From: Promethearchaeota archaeon | GTDB lineage: Archaea > Asgardarchaeota > Lokiarchaeia > Sigyniarchaeales > SOKP01 | NCBI GenBank assembly: GCA_048938855.1 | Contig: JBHLLT010000005.1 | Location: 32,001 to 96,000 of the forward strand | Direction of reading: 5' to 3' | Length of the DNA stretch: 64,000 nucleotides | Part shown: piece by piece, positions 60,186 through 64,000 of the stretch | Layout of the letters: every line of letters starts with the position of its first letter | Numbering within the stretch: the first letter of the stretch is position 1 | Position numbers and translations under genes: made by a program | The notes under the pieces: generated by a model | Told to the model about the DNA's origin: nothing | Database searches by the model: none | Seen by the model: the letters and a program-made list of their open reading frames with translations, nothing else

Positions 60186-61502
60186 ATGAATTTGAAAATT
60201 AATCCAATGACTAGTAGTTTAAATGGTGAGATCACTGCACCAGGATCTAAAAGTTATTCACATAGAGCCTTTATTGCTGCTAGTCTTGCTGAGGGAATTT
60301 CTATTATTAAAAATCCCTTATCCAGTGGAGATGTTGCTTACACACTAAAAATCTTAGAATTACTAGGAATTAAAATTTTAAGAAAAAGCAAAAACACATT
60401 CATTATTAAGCGGAGTAAAGAAGCATATAAAAAATTCAAAAAGCCTTTGGATTGTGGAAATTCTGGAACGACGATACGAATCTTCAGCGCTTTAAGTTTG
60501 ATTATTGATGGAGGACTTACATTAAAGGGGGAGTTCTTAAGACTTAAGAGACCAATAATCCCGTTATTGAATTCATTACGCCAATTAGGCGCTGAGTTCA
60601 AATTAACAAACAAAAAACTTAAAATTAAACGAGTACAAGAAATTTGTGATAAGGTTCAAATTCAAGGAGACTTAAGTTCCCAGTTCATAACAGCTTTGCT
60701 TATCTTAAGTCCTTTATTAAAATGTAAGAATAAAGATTCCATTGAAATAGAATTAACATCTCCTTTAGTTTCAATACCATTTGTACAAATTACTTTGGAT
60801 GTGCTAGAAGCATTTGGTATAAATGTACAAGCTAATTTTGAGTCTGGAAAATTTTTCATAACAACTGAACAAGGTTATCGTTCCCAATCTTACGATGTAC
60901 CTGGAGATTTTTCTTCAATGGCAAACATTATTGTGGCAATAGTATTGTCAAAAAAACCATCATCAGTAATTATTAATAATCTTTTATTTGAAAATAAGCA
61001 AGGAGACAAAAAAGTAATTGAAATCCTTGAGAAGATGGGAGCAAATATCGAAATTAACAGAAATAATAATCAGATTATCATACGAGGGGGATCAACAAAA
61101 AATTTGCTAAAAGGGATTGAGATTGACTGTACCGAAATTCCCGACTTATTTCCAATCTTATCTGTTATCGGAGCTTTTGCTGAGGGAAAGACCGTCCTTT
61201 ATAATGCATCTAATCTCCGATTAAAAGAATCTGATAGAATAACTAATATGGCAGGAGAACTAAGGAAAATGGGAGTTAAGATTATTGAAGAAGATGATAA
61301 ATTAACGATCTTCCATTGTGATAAACTCAATGGAATTTTAATAAACCATAGTAATGACCACAGAATTGCAATGGCATGTAGTATAGCAGCTTTATATGCA
61401 GATTCTAGCTCAGCCATTCAAAGAAGTGAAATAGTAAACGATTCATATCCCACTTTCTTTAACGATCTGAAAAATTTAGGTGTTCAAATAGAAATAGATT
61501 AA
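60186..61502 (+). CDS. aroA: EPSP synthase
   Basis: PGSKSYSHR, CGNSGTT, SSQF, LRLKESDR, DHRIAM, SYPTF. Confidence 0.96.
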   Translation: MNLKINPMTSSLNGEITAPGSKSYSHRAFIAASLAEGISIIKNPLSSGDVAYTLKILELLGIKILRKSKNTFIIKRSKEAYKKFKKPLDCGNSGTTIRIFSALSLIIDGGLTLKGEFLRLKRPIIPLLNSLRQLGAEFKLTNKKLKIKRVQEICDKVQIQGDLSSQFITALLILSPLLKCKNKDSIEIELTSPLVSIPFVQITLDVLEAFGINVQANFESGKFFITTEQGYRSQSYDVPGDFSSMANIIVAIVLSKKPSSVIINNLLFENKQGDKKVIEILEKMGANIEINRNNNQIIIRGGSTKNLLKGIEIDCTEIPDLFPILSVIGAFAEGKTVLYNASNLRLKESDRITNMAGELRKMGVKIIEEDDKLTIFHCDKLNGILINHSNDHRIAMACSIAALYADSSSAIQRSEIVNDSYPTFFNDLKNLGVQIEID

Positions 61503-61513
61503 TATTTATTATT

Positions 61514-61924
61514 TTATCTGAATGATTTTTGGCGACGAGCTCTTGGTTTTTTACCACCAAATTTTTTCGGCTCTGTTCTTCTTGAATCACCAGATAATAA
61601 TGAATCATCATATTCTCTGAAGGTTTTCTCAATTGCTTTCGTACCAATAAACTTATTAATAGATTTAGCAATTGCTATCCGAACGGCATCTGTTTGGCCC
61701 ATGATTCCCCCTCCCTTCACTTTAACATTAATATCACACTTTTCAAGTTTAGGATGATTAATAATTTCTAAAACCTCTTGAATTCTTAATCTTGCGATTT
61801 CAGGCCCATAGAGCTGCAAAAGTACATTATTTATCTTCACTTGACCTTTTGCAGGGTGTTTTAAAACAGCTCTGGCGATAGCAGCTTTCCTTTTTCCAGA
61901 TGTTTGAATTACCTTCATTGACAT
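61514..61924 (-). CDS. rps9: Ribosomal protein uS9
   Basis: GKRKAAIARA, GGGIMGQ, RRTEPKKFGG..QKSFR. Confidence 0.97.
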   Translation of the reverse strand: MSMKVIQTSGKRKAAIARAVLKHPAKGQVKINNVLLQLYGPEIARLRIQEVLEIINHPKLEKCDINVKVKGGGIMGQTDAVRIAIAKSINKFIGTKAIEKTFREYDDSLLSGDSRRTEPKKFGGKKPRARRQKSFR

Positions 61925-61948
61925 TTATTAAACCTCAATTTGACTATT

Positions 61949-62407
61949 TTACCAACCTATTCGTTGACATAGATTTTCTAAAGTAATATACCTGTTATAA
62001 TATGATAACCTTTTTTTATCTACATTCGCAATTTCATTAGGGTTCAGTATCTGATACCTTACTTTAAACCGTTCCGGAATATCTGAAATATAAATATGAA
62101 TTCTTCTAATTGCTTCTTTTCCTCTAAGCTTTTTTCTTGGCAGCATTTGTTTTATTACTCTTCTCATGAAAGTATCTGGTCTTCTCTCATGAAAAGGCCC
62201 CCTACGCGGATTAGTTGCTGTAGATATTTTCAATTTTGATAAATATTTTTCATGAATATCTTTTCGATTACCACTAATTATGGCATCTTTTGCATTAATA
62301 ATAACTATATATTCTCCTAAAAGAGCTCTTTTAGCTATCAATGAACAGAATCTTCCTAAAATTTTATCTGTTGCGTCATATAGTTGGTATTCAATTGACA
62401 TTAACAA
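61949..62407 (-). CDS. rpl13: Ribosomal protein uL13
   Basis: DATDKILGR, GPFH..P, MLPRK. Confidence 0.95.
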   Translation of the reverse strand: MLMSIEYQLYDATDKILGRFCSLIAKRALLGEYIVIINAKDAIISGNRKDIHEKYLSKLKISTATNPRRGPFHERRPDTFMRRVIKQMLPRKKLRGKEAIRRIHIYISDIPERFKVRYQILNPNEIANVDKKRLSYYNRYITLENLCQRIGW

Positions 62408-62432
62408 TTCACTTTTAATTTTTTTTGTTATT

Positions 62433-62789
62433 TTAATATATTATTTTTACTCCACTTCCGTTAGGATTTAGTTCTAGTAATTCTTCAATTGAGATTAATT
62501 TACTTCCTGAAGATTCAACTTTTTTTTTAGCAGTTTTTGAATATTCTAAACATGCGATTGTAAGAGTGTGATTCAACTCTCCCATCCCTAATATTTTTCC
62601 TGGGACGATAATTGTATCGTTCTTTTTTGTATTTTTATTTATATGATATAAATTTGCTTTAACTCTATTCCTTCTTGGGCCACTAAGTTTTTTGGAAACC
62701 GTTTTCCATATTTTTATTTTAGTTTTCCATAAATCTCTTATCAATTTTCTTATGTAAAAATTACTAGGACCCGTAATTTTATGAGACAT
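62433..62789 (-). CDS. rpl18e: Ribosomal protein eL18
   Basis: IW..LSGPRRNR..VPGKILGMG..NPNGS. Confidence 0.95.
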   Translation of the reverse strand: MSHKITGPSNFYIRKLIRDLWKTKIKIWKTVSKKLSGPRRNRVKANLYHINKNTKKNDTIIVPGKILGMGELNHTLTIACLEYSKTAKKKVESSGSKLISIEELLELNPNGSGVKIIY

Positions 62790-62858
62790 GCAAAAAACGC
62801 TCTAATTTATTAATTCTGATATTTTTAATTTTTAATATTTTAATAATTTTTTGATAAA

Positions 62859-63692
62859 TTACGATTCTATTTCCACTTCTCCAAGTTTTTCAACAAATTC
62901 ATCAATTTTTTCCAAAAAAATCTCGAATGTTTTTTTCAAAATAACATCAAAATCAAGAACTCCATCACTTTCTATTAAAAAAATATAACTATTATCTTTC
63001 CATGAGACTTTTATCGCTTCTTCTGGGCAATTATCCTGACATGAATTACAAAGTGTGCAAGTTTTCCAATAGTCTTCTAACAATTCTGGAGTTTTATTAT
63101 TAGAGAAATCATATAACCTTTCAGGGCACATTCTTGAAACAATACACCTATCTGGGCATTTTCCACATTTGGTATTATCAAAATCGATTTGAGGATAAAA
63201 TCTATAGAAAATGTTTGAAACAGCTTGCCATTTAACATGTTCTTTGGCTAAACCTAATACTGCGTAAGCTTCAATTATCACTTTATCATTCTTATCTATT
63301 TTAACTAGTGGAATATTTGGTTCTACAGGCTTTATTTTTGGATCATTTGAATTTAAATCTCTAGAATAAATTTCCATTGGTGTATTTGTTGTATTGGTAA
63401 CCTCACAAGTTAAAGAGACTTGGCATAACGCACATCCATAACCACCACACTCACACTCACGAGGAAGTTTATACGATTCTAAATCAGTGGTTAAAGGAAT
63501 CATACCAAGCCTATGAGCTATTATTTCATCGTAGAGAGGAGAATCATTCTTCAAAATAATAACCTCATCTATTGCCATGACGGGGATTTCAGAAATTATA
63601 ATCCTACGAATGGCATTTGCCATTTCAATAGATATACCATCAACTACAAACTTTAAATTGTGCTTTGTTTTCTCAAGAATTTCAAGACTCAT
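62859..63692 (-). CDS. rpoD: RNA polymerase subunit Rpo3/D with Zn site and ferredoxin-like insert
   Basis: ANAIRR, DEIIAHRLGMIP, CECGGYGCALC, HVKW, CTLCNSC. Confidence 0.96.
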   Translation of the reverse strand: MSLEILEKTKHNLKFVVDGISIEMANAIRRIIISEIPVMAIDEVIILKNDSPLYDEIIAHRLGMIPLTTDLESYKLPRECECGGYGCALCQVSLTCEVTNTTNTPMEIYSRDLNSNDPKIKPVEPNIPLVKIDKNDKVIIEAYAVLGLAKEHVKWQAVSNIFYRFYPQIDFDNTKCGKCPDRCIVSRMCPERLYDFSNNKTPELLEDYWKTCTLCNSCQDNCPEEAIKVSWKDNSYIFLIESDGVLDFDVILKKTFEIFLEKIDEFVEKLGEVEIES

Positions 63693-63797
63693 AATAACGT
63701 AAGAAATTTATTTTAATCATAAAATTCGAATAACTTATAAAATCTAGCATTTTAGATAAGTTTTATTGTTCAAAAGAAAAAATAAGAATAAAAATAA

Positions 63798-64000
63798 TTA
63801 GTAAAACTTCAAATATTCATAAGCTTTATTTTGGGGCTGAAAACAATATTTTACTTCTTGAAAGTCTTTTCGAAATTCTGCTACTTCATTTTTAACTTTT
63901 TTAGGATCTTTTTCCTCAATTATCAATTTCTTGAAAAATTCAGCAATGTCCTTCATCTCGCTTTTTCCCATTCCGAGTCGAGTAACTTCAGATGTTCCCA
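63798..64000 (-). CDS. glyA: Serine hydroxymethyltransferase, C-terminal end (partial)
   Basis: Hand translation [43 protein letters not shown] matches the archaeal SHMT C-terminus. Confidence 0.85.
   Translation of the reverse strand, partial: GTSEVTRLGMGKSEMKDIAEFFKKLIIEEKDPKKVKNEVAEFRKDFQEVKYCFQPQNKAYEYLKFY

Overview
AT-rich (about 30% GC by eye) archaeal chromosome segment, most likely from an Asgard archaeon (Lokiarchaeia-like). This is inferred from archaeal housekeeping genes (rpoD, rpl18e, rpl13, rps9, aEF-1beta, Sm, Rio2) next to eukaryote-like proteins (Rab-like small GTPase, gelsolin-like domain, PPP phosphatase). Contents, left to right: an hdrC-hdrB-frhB-like-hdrA-hdrA-mvhD-hdrA cluster; an accessory block (about 8.3-18.8 kb) with FixC/FixX-like, SCP2, GDPD and TrmB genes; an ABC exporter; lpdA; Lrp; small GTPase; Zn-finger/aEF-1beta; mutL and mutS; a flippase fusion; a porGDAB operon split by a 7-PAS histidine kinase; rio2/Sm/PPP; an orphan N6-methyltransferase; an ATP-grasp plus M14 peptidase pair; Clp1; aroC/aroA; ribosomal/RNAP genes; and the end of glyA. 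Best leads: (1) a tightly coupled, circularly permuted YheC/D/TTL-type ATP-grasp ligase plus M14 carboxypeptidase, a possible writer/eraser pair like eukaryotic TTLL/CCP; (2) a twice-seen layout of GATC-dense upstream region, small ORF and a conserved 45-nt element, whose two copies are inverted and bracket an 8.1-kb lipid/redox gene block; (3) a duplicated promoter/operator defining a likely TrmB regulon; (4) a membrane-anchored gelsolin-like protein; (5) an uncalled 152-aa gene that appears to start at ATT. No tRNA, rRNA, CRISPR array or transposase was seen. All calls come from motif recognition by eye; no database search was run.
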